Of a stretch of DNA of 41,668 nt, positions 1 to 9,031 are shown one piece after another. Every line of letters begins with the position of its first letter. Within the stretch, counting starts at the first letter, position 1. The notes beneath the pieces were generated by a model that searched no databases, had not been told where the DNA came from, and worked only from the letters and a program-made list of their open reading frames with translations. The position numbers were made by a program, and so were the translations under genes. Origin of the DNA: an uncultured Candidatus Saccharibacteria bacterium (lineage in GTDB: Bacteria > Patescibacteriota > Minisyncoccia > 2-02-FULL-40-12 > GWA2-44-9); the NCBI GenBank assembly GCA_964653875.1, contig CAZZGH010000002.1, positions 1-41,668 on the forward strand, in the 5' to 3' direction.

Positions 1-9
1 TTTTACGAA

Positions 10-34
10 AGATGTCCGCCGTCGGCGGACATCT
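10..34. terminator. GC-rich perfect hairpin, terminator-like
   Basis: agatgtccgcc-gtc-ggcggacatct gives an 11-bp stem and 3-nt loop. There is no clean T-tract on the + strand, so function is uncertain. Confidence 0.3.
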
Positions 35-162
35 GGAGTAAAATCAATCTGTATAATCATACTATCAGATTCTTAAAATAAAGTCAACTACACGCAATCT
101 GGCACCTTATCCACAAATTTTGCTGGACAAAAAAACTGCTTCGGTTAGATTGCTGATAGTGA

Positions 163-168
163 TATAAT
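163..168 (+). promoter_or_regulatory. -10 box TATAAT, 6 nt upstream of the pilB-like ATG (leaderless-type arrangement)
   Basis: Sequence reads gtgaTATAATtaaatcATG, with the ATG at 175. Confidence 0.4.
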
Positions 169-174
169 TAAATC

Positions 175-1839
175 ATGCCAACACCAATCCAAGACAAAAA
201 AGAGGCAGAGCTAGAAAAGAAGTTGTCCGAAATTCAACTTAAAAGAACCGAGGAAGATTCTACTGCTTTAGCTAAAAAACTTAATCTTCCTTTTTCGGAC
301 TTAAAATCAGCTCCCGTCGATAATGAGGCCTTAGTTATAATAGACGAAGATACTGCCCGTTCCTCAAATTTGGCTATAATCTATAAATCGGGAAACAAAC
401 TGACTATAGCTACCACCGACCCTGAAAGTTCAACTACTCAAAAGACCCTGGGAGAGCTTAAAACAAAAGGATTTCTAATTAACCTAATCATTACATCTCC
501 GTCAGCCCTTGAAAACATACTAAACCGATATAAACTTGCTCAATCGCAAGATATTTTTGAAGTTGGAGCTATAGAAATTAAGGAGGAGGAGCTCAACAAA
601 ATACAGAATGAAATAAAAGACATTGGAGATTTGAAGAATAAGGTCATCAAAATTTCGGCTACCAGCATGCTCGAGACCTTAATTGCCGGAGCGCTTAAAA
701 TTGGCGCTTCCGATATTCATTTCGAACCGGAGTCCGAAAAAACTCGTCTTCGTTATAGATTTGACGGGGTCTTAAACGATATTACCGCTCTGGATAAAAA
801 CTCCTACGAAAAGGTTCTAAACCGCATTAAAGTACTGTCCAAGCTTAAACTGAACATCCACAGTTCTCCGCAAGACGGAAGATTTACAATCAGACAAGAG
901 TCCTTCGATATTGAGGTCAGGGTTTCTGTTCTTCCCAGTGAATTTGGAGAGACCATCGTAATGCGATTATTGGACCCCCGAACCATCAAAACAAAACTAG
1001 AAGATTTGGGTATGAGAGAAGATCTTCTTAAAATAGTGAGGGAACAGCTGGATCGAGCCACAGGAGCCATCCTCACCACCGGACCCACCGGGTCCGGTAA
1101 GACCACCAGCTTATATGCTTTTGCCCAGTATCTTAATTCCTCCGGCACGAAAATAATCACCATTGAAGATCCTATCGAATATCATATTCAGGGCATTTCT
1201 CAAACCCAGGTTGATGCTAAAAAAGGTTATAGTTTCGCTAACGGTTTAAGGGCCATAGTCAGGCAGGATCCGGACATTATTCTTGTAGGAGAAATCCGAG
1301 ATAAAGAAACAGCTGACATTGCCCTCCAGGCAGCTCTAACCGGCCACCTAGTTCTTTCTACTATTCACACTAATAATTCAGCTGGAACTATTCCTCGTCT
1401 TATTGACCTAGGTATTCAGCCCCAGATTATTGCTCCGGCTATCAATATGGCCATGGCTCAACGATTAATAAGAAAACTTTGTCCTGATTGTAAAGTTCAA
1501 AATAAGATTAGTTCGGAAATGCTAGAAAAAATACAAAAAACCCTATCACCGATAAAAGACCGCTTTAAATTGGATAAACTAGACACCTCGCTAAAGATTT
1601 ACTCTCCCGGTAAGGGCTGCAAAGAATGCAATGAACTTGGATATAAGGGAAGAGTCGGAGTTTACGAAGCGTTCGTGATCGGTAAAGAAATGGAGAGGCT
1701 CATCTTAAAATCACCTGCCATTTCCGATGTTCAAGAATTAGCCGAAAAAGAAGGCATGGTAACCATGTTACAGGATGCTTATTTAAAGTTGCTGAACGGA
1801 ATCACCTCGGTTGAAGAAATAAAGAGAATTTTAGGCTAA
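175..1839 (+). CDS. pilB: GspE/PilB-family type IV pilus assembly ATPase
   Basis: Walker A GPTGSGKTT, Asp box IITIEDPIEY, Walker B ILVGEIRD and His box GHLVLSTIHTN. Tetracysteine CPDCKV...CKECNELGYKGR. N-terminal T2SSE-N-like region. Confidence 0.85.
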   Translation: MPTPIQDKKEAELEKKLSEIQLKRTEEDSTALAKKLNLPFSDLKSAPVDNEALVIIDEDTARSSNLAIIYKSGNKLTIATTDPESSTTQKTLGELKTKGFLINLIITSPSALENILNRYKLAQSQDIFEVGAIEIKEEELNKIQNEIKDIGDLKNKVIKISATSMLETLIAGALKIGASDIHFEPESEKTRLRYRFDGVLNDITALDKNSYEKVLNRIKVLSKLKLNIHSSPQDGRFTIRQESFDIEVRVSVLPSEFGETIVMRLLDPRTIKTKLEDLGMREDLLKIVREQLDRATGAILTTGPTGSGKTTSLYAFAQYLNSSGTKIITIEDPIEYHIQGISQTQVDAKKGYSFANGLRAIVRQDPDIILVGEIRDKETADIALQAALTGHLVLSTIHTNNSAGTIPRLIDLGIQPQIIAPAINMAMAQRLIRKLCPDCKVQNKISSEMLEKIQKTLSPIKDRFKLDKLDTSLKIYSPGKGCKECNELGYKGRVGVYEAFVIGKEMERLILKSPAISDVQELAEKEGMVTMLQDAYLKLLNGITSVEEIKRILG

Positions 1840-2006
1840 GGACTTTTATAATCTGTAGGCAAATGCCCGAATTTACAAAACGCGGGGCAGGATAATTCCG
1901 AGGAATAGCCCAGTCGAAACCAAACTATCCAAACTAGATAATATCCCATTTGGACCAATGTATTTAAATACTCCGACCCAATTGCCTACAGATTATAAAA
2001 GTCCTT
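1838..2006. repeat. 25-bp perfect inverted repeat pair flanking a 119-nt core
   Basis: 1838-1862 aaggacttttataatctgtaggcaa is the exact reverse complement of 1982-2006 ttgcctacagattataaaagtcctt. The left arm overlaps the pilB stop codon. Confidence 0.8.
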
Positions 2007-2057
2007 TCCGCCGGCAGGCGGCAGGCAGATAGTTCCCATATTTTAGTTCAAATAACC

Positions 2058-3071
2058 ATGAATGTCAACCCTAATTCCATGACCCCAAAACCGGTTCCAG
2101 AAGACCAATTGCTTGATCAGGCTTTAAGGCCCAAGACTTTTGATGAGTACATTGGGCAGAACAGAATCAAAGAAAATCTTAAGGTGGTTATTGGAGCGGC
2201 AAAAAAGAGAAAGGAGCCCACAGAACACATACTCCTACATGGTCCATCCGGCTTGGGCAAAACTACTCTCGCTTACCTTATTGCCAAGGAGCTGGGGGCA
2301 AGCATCAAAATAACTTCCGGCACAGCTCTGGAAAAAGCTGGCGATGTCGGTTCAATTCTGACTGGTCTTAACGACGGAGATATTTTATTCATAGATGAGG
2401 TTCACCGGCTCAACAAAATGGTGGAAGAAGTCATCTATCCGGCCATGGAGAACTTCAAACTTGATATCGTCATCGGCAAAGGAAATTCGGCAAAGACCCT
2501 CCAAATAGACCTCCCAAGATTCACCCTAATAGCCGCTACTACCAAAATATCACTCCTTTCGGCACCTTTCAGGTCACGATTCGGAGTAAGCTTCCGTTTG
2601 GATTTCTATAAAGACGAGGATATTGAAAAAATAATCAGCCGTTCTGCCAACTTGTTGGACATAAAAATAGACAAACCCGCGATAAAGGCCATAGCCGCTT
2701 CGTCCAGATTTACTCCCCGCGTCGCAAATCGCCTCCTAAAAAGGGTTCGGGATTATGCTCAAATAAAAGATTTGGATTGTGTTAATGAAACCTTAGCTAA
2801 AGAGAGTTTAAAGCTACTGGAAATAGACCACAAAGGCCTTGAGGAGACCGACAGAAAGATACTCCTAGCTATCGCGGATAAATTTGATGGCGGACCCGTT
2901 GGGCTCAAATCCATAGCGGCAGCTATCTCGGAGGAAGAAGGAACAATTGAAGATGTTTATGAACCTTATCTGATGCAAATGGGCTTCCTCTCCAGAACTC
3001 CGAAAGGTCGGGTTATCACCTCAAATGGCTTAAGGCATCTTGGCTTACAAACAAAAGAAACTTTATTATGA
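2058..3071 (+). CDS. ruvB: Holliday junction branch-migration helicase RuvB
   Basis: Walker A GPSGLGKTTLA, Walker B ILFIDEVHRL, and a typical RuvB length and C-terminal winged-helix region. Confidence 0.95.
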   Translation: MNVNPNSMTPKPVPEDQLLDQALRPKTFDEYIGQNRIKENLKVVIGAAKKRKEPTEHILLHGPSGLGKTTLAYLIAKELGASIKITSGTALEKAGDVGSILTGLNDGDILFIDEVHRLNKMVEEVIYPAMENFKLDIVIGKGNSAKTLQIDLPRFTLIAATTKISLLSAPFRSRFGVSFRLDFYKDEDIEKIISRSANLLDIKIDKPAIKAIAASSRFTPRVANRLLKRVRDYAQIKDLDCVNETLAKESLKLLEIDHKGLEETDRKILLAIADKFDGGPVGLKSIAAAISEEEGTIEDVYEPYLMQMGFLSRTPKGRVITSNGLRHLGLQTKETLL

Positions 3072-3167
3072 GTGGGCAAATGGCTGAAATTAAAAAAATA
3101 CTAACAGAACATAATTCTAAACTAGTTCAGCCCGGAAGCCTTACTTGGATGTTTCAAGCAATTTGCA

Positions 3168-3638
3168 ATGATAATCATCGGCATTGATCCGGGTACTACA
3201 CAAATTGGTTTTGGGATAATAAAGAATGAAGGCAACCGTTTTGAGTCTTTGGGCTACGGAATAATTAAAAATTCCGGCAAAGATAAATTATCAGATTACG
3301 AAAGCACCTCCAAAGAACTGTCAAAACTAATTACTAAATTTAAACCTGAAATTTCCGTGGTGGAAAAACTTTTCTTTTTTAAAAATCAAAAAACCATCAT
3401 GTCGGTCGGGGAAATGAGGGGAGTTATAATGCTTACTCTTGCCAATCACGGCCTGCCAGTTCTTGAATTCACCCCAATACAAGTGAAACAAGCGATATCG
3501 GGCTATGGCGGGGCCGACAAGAGCCAAGTCCAAAGAATGGTTCGCTTGATTTTGGGCATTAAAAAAGAGATAAAGCCTGATGACGCCGCCGATGCGCTGG
3601 CTATTGCAATTTGCGGAGTAAATAATAAAATTGGGTAA
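3168..3638 (+). CDS. ruvC: Holliday junction resolvase RuvC
   Basis: N-terminal IIGIDPGT catalytic Asp motif and C-terminal DAADALAIAIC. 156 aa. Confidence 0.9.
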   Translation: MIIIGIDPGTTQIGFGIIKNEGNRFESLGYGIIKNSGKDKLSDYESTSKELSKLITKFKPEISVVEKLFFFKNQKTIMSVGEMRGVIMLTLANHGLPVLEFTPIQVKQAISGYGGADKSQVQRMVRLILGIKKEIKPDDAADALAIAICGVNNKIG

Positions 3639-3718
3639 AGTTTTAATAGATATCTTATTTGTATTGTCTGGCAACTCTTAAGTGGCCAGTCAATAAAAAC
3701 AAGGTAAACAAGGCCAGC

Positions 3719-3877
3719 ATGGCAATAAACGAAATGGTGGATCCGCTATACATTTTGAAAGCGGACGAAGCAGAAGAAGGAAAAAATGACGATACCGATG
3801 ATGTTGATGATTTAGATGAAGATGAAGACGATGAAAAGGAAGATGATGAGGAAGACGAAAAAGAAACAAATTGGTAA
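3719..3877 (+). CDS. Small, extremely acidic hypothetical protein (52 aa from the ATG; the ORF track starts at TTG 3659)
   Basis: MAINEMVDPLYILKADEAEEGKNDDTDDVDDLDEDEDDEKEDDEEDEKETNW. An AAGG lies 5 nt upstream of the ATG. A hairpin terminator follows. Confidence 0.4.
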   Translation: MAINEMVDPLYILKADEAEEGKNDDTDDVDDLDEDEDDEKEDDEEDEKETNW

Positions 3878-3884
3878 TTAAATA

Positions 3885-3908
3885 AAAATACCGCGGGAGC
3901 GGTATTTT
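3885..3908. terminator. Bidirectional intrinsic terminator between the acidic ORF and tyrS
   Basis: aaaataccgc-ggga-gcggtatttt: a 10-bp stem with A/T runs on both sides. Confidence 0.7.
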
Positions 3909-5062
3909 TATTTATCTATTATTTTTTCTATCTCTATTTCTACCCCCTTGCCCACTTTAACAATATCACCCTTTTTGATTTTGAAATTCCAATCCTTCAC
4001 AGTTTCACCATTTACTTCAACAGCTCCTTGATTTACAAGCTCTTTCGCCGCAGAATTAGAAGGGGCTAAACCAGCCATCACGGTAGTAGAAATTATAGTA
4101 ATGCCCCCTAGGGTCTTTCTGGGTTTATGTGCCTCGCCGACCGCCCTTTTCCCATGGTATATTCGGACTAATTCATCCGCCAATTCTTCTTTCCACTCCC
4201 GAGGGTTCTTATCTTTATTCTGTTCAATCCAGCCCAAAGACTTTTCTGTGCAAAGTTCAAACAATGTTTTTATTATTGAGTCGTCAACCATAAGTATTTT
4301 TCTTCTGATCTCTTGGGGGGTGTCGGATAAAGCAATAATTTCTCCTTCCGACTTGCTCATTTTCTTGCCAGATGAACCCACTAAAAGTTTAGTAGCAAAT
4401 ACCATTTTATCCTTCCCAAGATATTTTCTCTCCAACTCTCTCCCGACTAACATATTAAAGGTCTGGTCATTGCCGCCCACCTCCCCATCTACTCTCATGG
4501 CCACTGAATCATAACCCTGCATTAAAGGGTACAAAAATTCGTGGACACCAATCGGCTTTTCATTCTTTATCCTTTCCTGAAACATATCCCGCACAATCAT
4601 CTTCTGAACCGTAACATGGCTTGCCAATTTTATAACATCTTCAAAGCTCATCTTAGCCAACCAGGAGTTGTTGTACTTAATTTTAAACAAATTTTTAGGG
4701 ACAATTTTGGAAACTTGTCCTAAATAGGTTTTCATATTTAAACTTACTTCTTCTGATGTCAGCGGTCTGCGAGTAGTATCCTTGCCAGTGGGATCCCCTA
4801 TCCGGGCAGTGAAGTCGCCTATCAGCAAAATAATCTCATGCCCCAGTTCGGCAAGTCTTTTTATAAAAAGAAGTTGCACCGTATGCCCCAAATGGATATC
4901 GGGTCCGGTCGGATCTACTCCATAATAAATTCTGAGCTTCTCACCTCTTCCCATTCTTTCTTCCACCTCTTGTCGCGAAGGATAAAGGGTTTCAGTGTGT
5001 CTATCCAGAATTTCCTTTATTAAGCCCTTGCCGGTAATAATTTTAGGTCGGATTCCAAACAT
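3908..5062 (-). CDS. tyrS: Tyrosyl-tRNA synthetase with C-terminal S4-like domain
   Basis: Class I HIGH variant HLGH, KMSKS, GGNDQTFNM, and a C-terminal S4-like AAKELVNQGAVEVNGE. ATG at 5062 is preferred over the TTG at 5071 used in the ORF track. Confidence 0.85.
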   Translation of the reverse strand: MFGIRPKIITGKGLIKEILDRHTETLYPSRQEVEERMGRGEKLRIYYGVDPTGPDIHLGHTVQLLFIKRLAELGHEIILLIGDFTARIGDPTGKDTTRRPLTSEEVSLNMKTYLGQVSKIVPKNLFKIKYNNSWLAKMSFEDVIKLASHVTVQKMIVRDMFQERIKNEKPIGVHEFLYPLMQGYDSVAMRVDGEVGGNDQTFNMLVGRELERKYLGKDKMVFATKLLVGSSGKKMSKSEGEIIALSDTPQEIRRKILMVDDSIIKTLFELCTEKSLGWIEQNKDKNPREWKEELADELVRIYHGKRAVGEAHKPRKTLGGITIISTTVMAGLAPSNSAAKELVNQGAVEVNGETVKDWNFKIKKGDIVKVGKGVEIEIEKIIDK

Positions 5063-5084
5063 ATATATCAATATATATATATAT
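5061..5084. repeat. (AT)n microsatellite across the tyrS start/promoter
   Basis: atatatat-ca-atatatatatatat. Confidence 0.8.
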
Positions 5085-5187
5085 CAAATAATATCTTTTA
5101 TTATTCCTCTTGTAAATCATGGTAAGGGTGCCCCTTGTTAGGAGAAAAAATGTGTTATAATATTTGGCTTGTAAATGCAGCTTTTTT

Positions 5188-7356
5188 ATGGCACAATTAA
5201 CCCAAGCGAGTATGGTTAATGTAAGAAGGAGATTTAAAAAAATCTGGACAATCCAAGCTTTCAAGGCATTTGCAATGCTTTTTTTGTGGCTATTCGTAAT
5301 CGGGTCTATCATGCTTCTTTCTTTCTTTTTATACCTCCAGAGAACATTGCCAGACCCTGAATCGATTGCTACCAGAAAAGTCGGCGAATCAACTAAGATA
5401 TACGACCGCACCGGAGAGATCCTTCTATATGACATCCACGGCGAAGAAAAACGAACTATCATCCCTTGGGAACAAATCCCCGACACAATCAAGAAAGCGA
5501 CGTTGGCTTCCGAAGACAGCGATTTTTATAACCACAAGGGGTTGGATATGAGAGGCATTGCGAGGGCGTTTTTCAAAGACATAATTAATTTAGGCGTTTC
5601 ACAGGGCGGATCCACAATTACACAACAACTAGTCAAAAAGGCTCTGTTGGGCGACGAGCGAACAATTTCAAGAAAAATAAAAGAAGCTGTCTTAGCTATT
5701 GAAATAGAGAGGAAATTTACCAAAGATGAAATATTCTGGATGTACTTGAATCAAATTCCTTACGGCTCCAATGCCTACGGGATAGAATCTGCGGCTAAAG
5801 CGTTCTTTGGCAAAAAAGCTTCTCAATTAACTCTGGCTGAAGCAGCTACCATCGCTTCGGTTACAAAAGCTCCCAGTTATTATTCTCCCTTTGGCAACCA
5901 CGTTAACGAACTGTTGTCCAGAAAAAATTCTGTCCTGGCAAGAATGAAAACTCTAAATTTTATATCCGACACCGAATACCAAAAAGCTCTAGCACAAAAA
6001 CTAGAGTTTATTGGAATCGAAAAAGAGCTTGAAAATGATCAACGCCCCATGCATTTCATTATTATGGTTCGAGAATATCTGGCTTCTAAATATGGCGAAG
6101 ACGTCGTTGAAAACGGAGGCTTCAAAGTTATCACCACTTTGGATGCCAACCTTCAGTCATTAGCGCAGGAAACTGTCAAAAAGTACGCAGAGATTAATAA
6201 AGAAAAATACAAAGCTACAAACGCCGCTTTGGTGGCGATAAATCCTAAAAACGGAGACCTTTTGGCTTTGGTCGGTTCCAAAGATTACTTTAATGTTGCC
6301 GATGAAGGAAACTTTAACGTTGCTATCGCCAATAGACAGCCAGGATCAGCTTTTAAGCCTTTCGCATATGCTGTTGCTTTGGAGAAAGGATACCCCGATG
6401 ATACTGTAGTCTTTGATCTAAAAACAGAATTTAATCCGAATTGCAAACCGGACAGTTCCCAAGAAAAAGACAAATACGGAATTGACTGCTATCATCCCCA
6501 AAATTATGACGGAAGATATCGCGGACCGGTTACATTCCGACAAGGTTTAGCGCAATCTTTAAATGTTCCTTCCGTCAAAGTGCTCTACTTGGCGGGAGTT
6601 AACAATACCATAGACCTTACCGAAAAGATGGGGATTACAACACTAGGAGAAAAGTCACGCTTTGGCTTGTCTCTTGTCTTAGGGGGAGCAGAGGTTAAGC
6701 TTGTTGATTTGGTTTCCGCTTATGGAGTTTTTGCAAACGAGGGGATGCGAAGTCCATGGTCTTTTATCCAGAGAGTTGAGTCCTCTAACGGGCAAGTTTT
6801 GGAAGAAAAAAATAATGAGCCCAAACGAGTTCTTGACGCACAAATAGCTCGGCTCATCAATAACATGCTTTCTGACAATTCGGCACGAGCTCCGGTTTTT
6901 GGATACTCAAGTTCTTTATATATCCCCGGGCGAGACGTTGCCGCTAAAACAGGGACAACCCAGGAAAACAGGGACGCATGGGTAGTTGGTTATTCGCCTA
7001 CCGTTGTTACCGGCGTTTGGACAGGGAATAACAAAAATGAATCCATGACCAAAGAAGGAGCTGGTATTAGCGCCTCCGGTCCAATGTGGCATGAATTCAT
7101 GGCCAAAGCTTTAAACACTATGCCTAACGAGAAATTCACTAATCCGGATCCAGTAACAGTCAATAAAGTAATGTTAGATGGTAACTACACTTTCCTGCGA
7201 AATGGCGGTTTATTCCCTGAATACCATGAAATACTTTATTATGTGGATAAGAATAATCCTCTTGGTTCTGCGCCAACAAATCCAGGCACCGACTCACAAT
7301 TTCAAAATTGGGAATGGTCAGTAAATCAAACCTATAATACTACTTCTACACAATAA
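5188..7356 (+). CDS. Class A penicillin-binding protein (glycosyltransferase + transpeptidase)
   Basis: GT51 motifs EDSDFYNHKG and GGSTITQQL. Transpeptidase motifs SAFK, SLN and KTGT. N-terminal TM segment. ATG 5188 is preferred over TTG 5164. TGTTATAAT extended -10 at about 5153-5161. Confidence 0.9.
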   Translation: MAQLTQASMVNVRRRFKKIWTIQAFKAFAMLFLWLFVIGSIMLLSFFLYLQRTLPDPESIATRKVGESTKIYDRTGEILLYDIHGEEKRTIIPWEQIPDTIKKATLASEDSDFYNHKGLDMRGIARAFFKDIINLGVSQGGSTITQQLVKKALLGDERTISRKIKEAVLAIEIERKFTKDEIFWMYLNQIPYGSNAYGIESAAKAFFGKKASQLTLAEAATIASVTKAPSYYSPFGNHVNELLSRKNSVLARMKTLNFISDTEYQKALAQKLEFIGIEKELENDQRPMHFIIMVREYLASKYGEDVVENGGFKVITTLDANLQSLAQETVKKYAEINKEKYKATNAALVAINPKNGDLLALVGSKDYFNVADEGNFNVAIANRQPGSAFKPFAYAVALEKGYPDDTVVFDLKTEFNPNCKPDSSQEKDKYGIDCYHPQNYDGRYRGPVTFRQGLAQSLNVPSVKVLYLAGVNNTIDLTEKMGITTLGEKSRFGLSLVLGGAEVKLVDLVSAYGVFANEGMRSPWSFIQRVESSNGQVLEEKNNEPKRVLDAQIARLINNMLSDNSARAPVFGYSSSLYIPGRDVAAKTGTTQENRDAWVVGYSPTVVTGVWTGNNKNESMTKEGAGISASGPMWHEFMAKALNTMPNEKFTNPDPVTVNKVMLDGNYTFLRNGGLFPEYHEILYYVDKNNPLGSAPTNPGTDSQFQNWEWSVNQTYNTTSTQ

Positions 7357-7633
7357 TTATTTGAGTTACTTTTAGATTAGCTTCTCGCAGAAGCCGTGAT
7401 AATTCTTTTACCCTTAAACTCAACTCACCGGCTATTAGTTTATTACCGGTATTGATAACAATCTTGCAATTTTTGGAATCGTAGGAGGCATTCCATTCAA
7501 ATAAATTTTTATATTCAGCAAAATATCTGTTCAAAAACTTATCAAAAACCAAACTGACATCGGAACTTTTTTTTCCTGCTTGAATTAGATTCTTTTCCTT
7601 TTTATCCAACGTCTCTCCGATAGATCTAAACAC
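7346..7633 (-). CDS. DUF721/DciA-like small protein (GTG start)
   Basis: 95 aa, immediately downstream of dnaN. The C-terminal pattern KIVINTGNKLIAGELSLRVKELSRLL resembles the DUF721 core. The family call is by recollection only. Confidence 0.5.
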   Translation of the reverse strand: MFRSIGETLDKKEKNLIQAGKKSSDVSLVFDKFLNRYFAEYKNLFEWNASYDSKNCKIVINTGNKLIAGELSLRVKELSRLLREANLKVTQIIIV

Positions 7634-7638
7634 TTAGA

Positions 7639-7668
7639 ACTGACGACTGACGACTGACGACTGACGAC
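7639..7668. repeat. Tandem heptamer ACTGACG x4.3
   Basis: actgacgactgacgactgacgactgacgac, in the dnaN-DUF721 spacer. Confidence 0.9.
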
Positions 7669-7680
7669 AAGAATTAAATT

Positions 7681-7704
7681 GTTGTAAGTTGTAAGTTGTA
7701 AGTT
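7681..7704. repeat. Tandem heptamer GTTGTAA x3.4
   Basis: gttgtaagttgtaagttgtaagtt, in the dnaN-DUF721 spacer. Confidence 0.9.
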
Positions 7705-7709
7705 ATCGG

Positions 7710-8801
7710 TTAGCTACGCAATGGCATAATGAGATAAATTACATCTTTTTTATCATCATTTGGCCTGATAACCAAAGGACTGCCTTGTCCTGTAAACTCT
7801 ATTATGACTTTTTCTGTATCTAATATTTTAAGCCCATCTAGAAGATAGTGAAAATTCAAAGAGACATTAAATGGCTGATTATTAAGAGATGCTTCAACGA
7901 GAGTGTCTATCTCTCCTTTGTCAGAGTTTCTGGCAAAAACAGTCATTTTTCCTTCTGAACAACTTATTTTAACATCTGAAATGTTTGTTGAAAATAAGCC
8001 AGCTATCCGTGTTGTCTTTTCTAAATCATCTTTCCTTACCAATACTCTGGATATGAATTTTTCCGGAATTACTTTTTTATAATCAGGGTAAGTTCCGTCT
8101 ACAATTCTTGATACCATTTCAAAGTCATCATTAGAGAAGGATATTTGGTTGTCACTGGTATTGAAGGAAAGGTTTCCTTCCAACTCACTGGTAACCCTTA
8201 TTAATTCCACAACTGTATTTCTAGGAATAATGAAAGATTGTCTCTGAATATTTTTAAAATCAACTCTTTTTTCGGTCAGTCTAAAACTATCGGTAGCCGC
8301 AAAAATAATTTTATCATTGTTAAACTCTATAAATACTCCTGCTAATTCCGGCCTTGTTTCAGATACGGCCACTGAATCTAAAACTGTCATAAGTGAAGTC
8401 TTTAAAAGTTTGGTTGGAATAAAAGCTAAAGGTTTAGATTTTATTTTAGGTATTATTGGAAAATCTTTAGCATCAAATCCAAGTATTTGAGTTTTATATT
8501 TCTCTAAATCTATGCTTAAAATATTGCTTTTAGTCGTCAACGAAACCTTATCATCTACTATATTTCCTATAAAATCCGAAATTATTCTTGCTGGTACAGC
8601 TATTTGCCCAACCTCTTCTATTTTAGCGCCAATAATATAATTAATTCCTATTTCAAGATTTGTAGCTGATATCTTAAGCCTTCCATTTTCTGTTTTAAGA
8701 AGAATATTATTTAAGATTGGGAGAGACGAATTTTTGGAAACAACTTTCTCAACCAAGTTAAGAGCTTTTTTAAAGTTTTTTTGATTGGTAGTAATTTTCA
8801 T
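7710..8801 (-). CDS. dnaN: DNA polymerase III beta sliding clamp
   Basis: 363 aa with a three-domain clamp-like sequence (NLEIGINY..., ATDSFRL, C-terminal YLIMPLR). Lies directly downstream of dnaA. Confidence 0.9.
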   Translation of the reverse strand: MKITTNQKNFKKALNLVEKVVSKNSSLPILNNILLKTENGRLKISATNLEIGINYIIGAKIEEVGQIAVPARIISDFIGNIVDDKVSLTTKSNILSIDLEKYKTQILGFDAKDFPIIPKIKSKPLAFIPTKLLKTSLMTVLDSVAVSETRPELAGVFIEFNNDKIIFAATDSFRLTEKRVDFKNIQRQSFIIPRNTVVELIRVTSELEGNLSFNTSDNQISFSNDDFEMVSRIVDGTYPDYKKVIPEKFISRVLVRKDDLEKTTRIAGLFSTNISDVKISCSEGKMTVFARNSDKGEIDTLVEASLNNQPFNVSLNFHYLLDGLKILDTEKVIIEFTGQGSPLVIRPNDDKKDVIYLIMPLRS

Positions 8802-9031
8802 ATCTTATAATGATTAATTTAAAGTATTATTATTATCATTAAGACTGTGGAAATGTTGAAAACTTTTTACCGGTATGTTTTTATTGAGCGCCATATTAAA
8901 AAAATTAGAAAAAAAATTATTTTGGGATGTTGATAAGGTATTGATTAAATCAGAACAAAAACATGATAAGTTTTGACTCTGAAATTTTATAAACTACTTA
9001 TGAAATGAATTATACTCTATATAGTCTACAT
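8802..9031. other. Candidate oriC/DUE region in the dnaA-dnaN spacer
   Basis: AT-rich with A-tracts (8897-8920). Imperfect DnaA boxes tgtggaaat at 8846-8854 (7/9) and tgttgataa at 8928-8936 (8/9). Confidence 0.35.

Noticed and set aside
107-115. Perfect DnaA box TTATCCACA upstream of pilB.
   Set aside because: It is a single isolated 9-mer about 9 kb from dnaA. Roughly 0.3 such matches are expected by chance in 2 x 42 kb. No clustering was seen.
804-1163. Antisense ORFs embedded in well-supported genes. Examples: 804-1163, 3327-3674, 4101-4514, 9779-10381 set, 14090-14383, 14863-15156, 18629-19063, 20056-20898 set, 30103-30555, 31717-32148, 34482-34973.
   Set aside because: Each lies opposite a CDS with strong family motifs. 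Their translations are low-complexity or lack any recognisable motif. They are typical shadow ORFs.
3080-3187. 35-codon ORF (MAEIKKILTEHNSKLVQPGSLTW...) in the ruvB-ruvC spacer.
   Set aside because: It is too short, has no recognisable family, and overlaps the ruvC start out of frame. It cannot be supported from sequence alone.
5043-5492. 149-aa minus-strand ORF spanning the tyrS start and PBP start.
   Set aside because: It overlaps two well-supported genes and the (AT)n repeat, and has no motifs.
7639-7704. The heptamer arrays, and other short repeats in the window, considered as a CRISPR array.
   Set aside because: The units are 7 nt and directly tandem without spacers. No repeat-spacer architecture or cas genes occur anywhere in the window.
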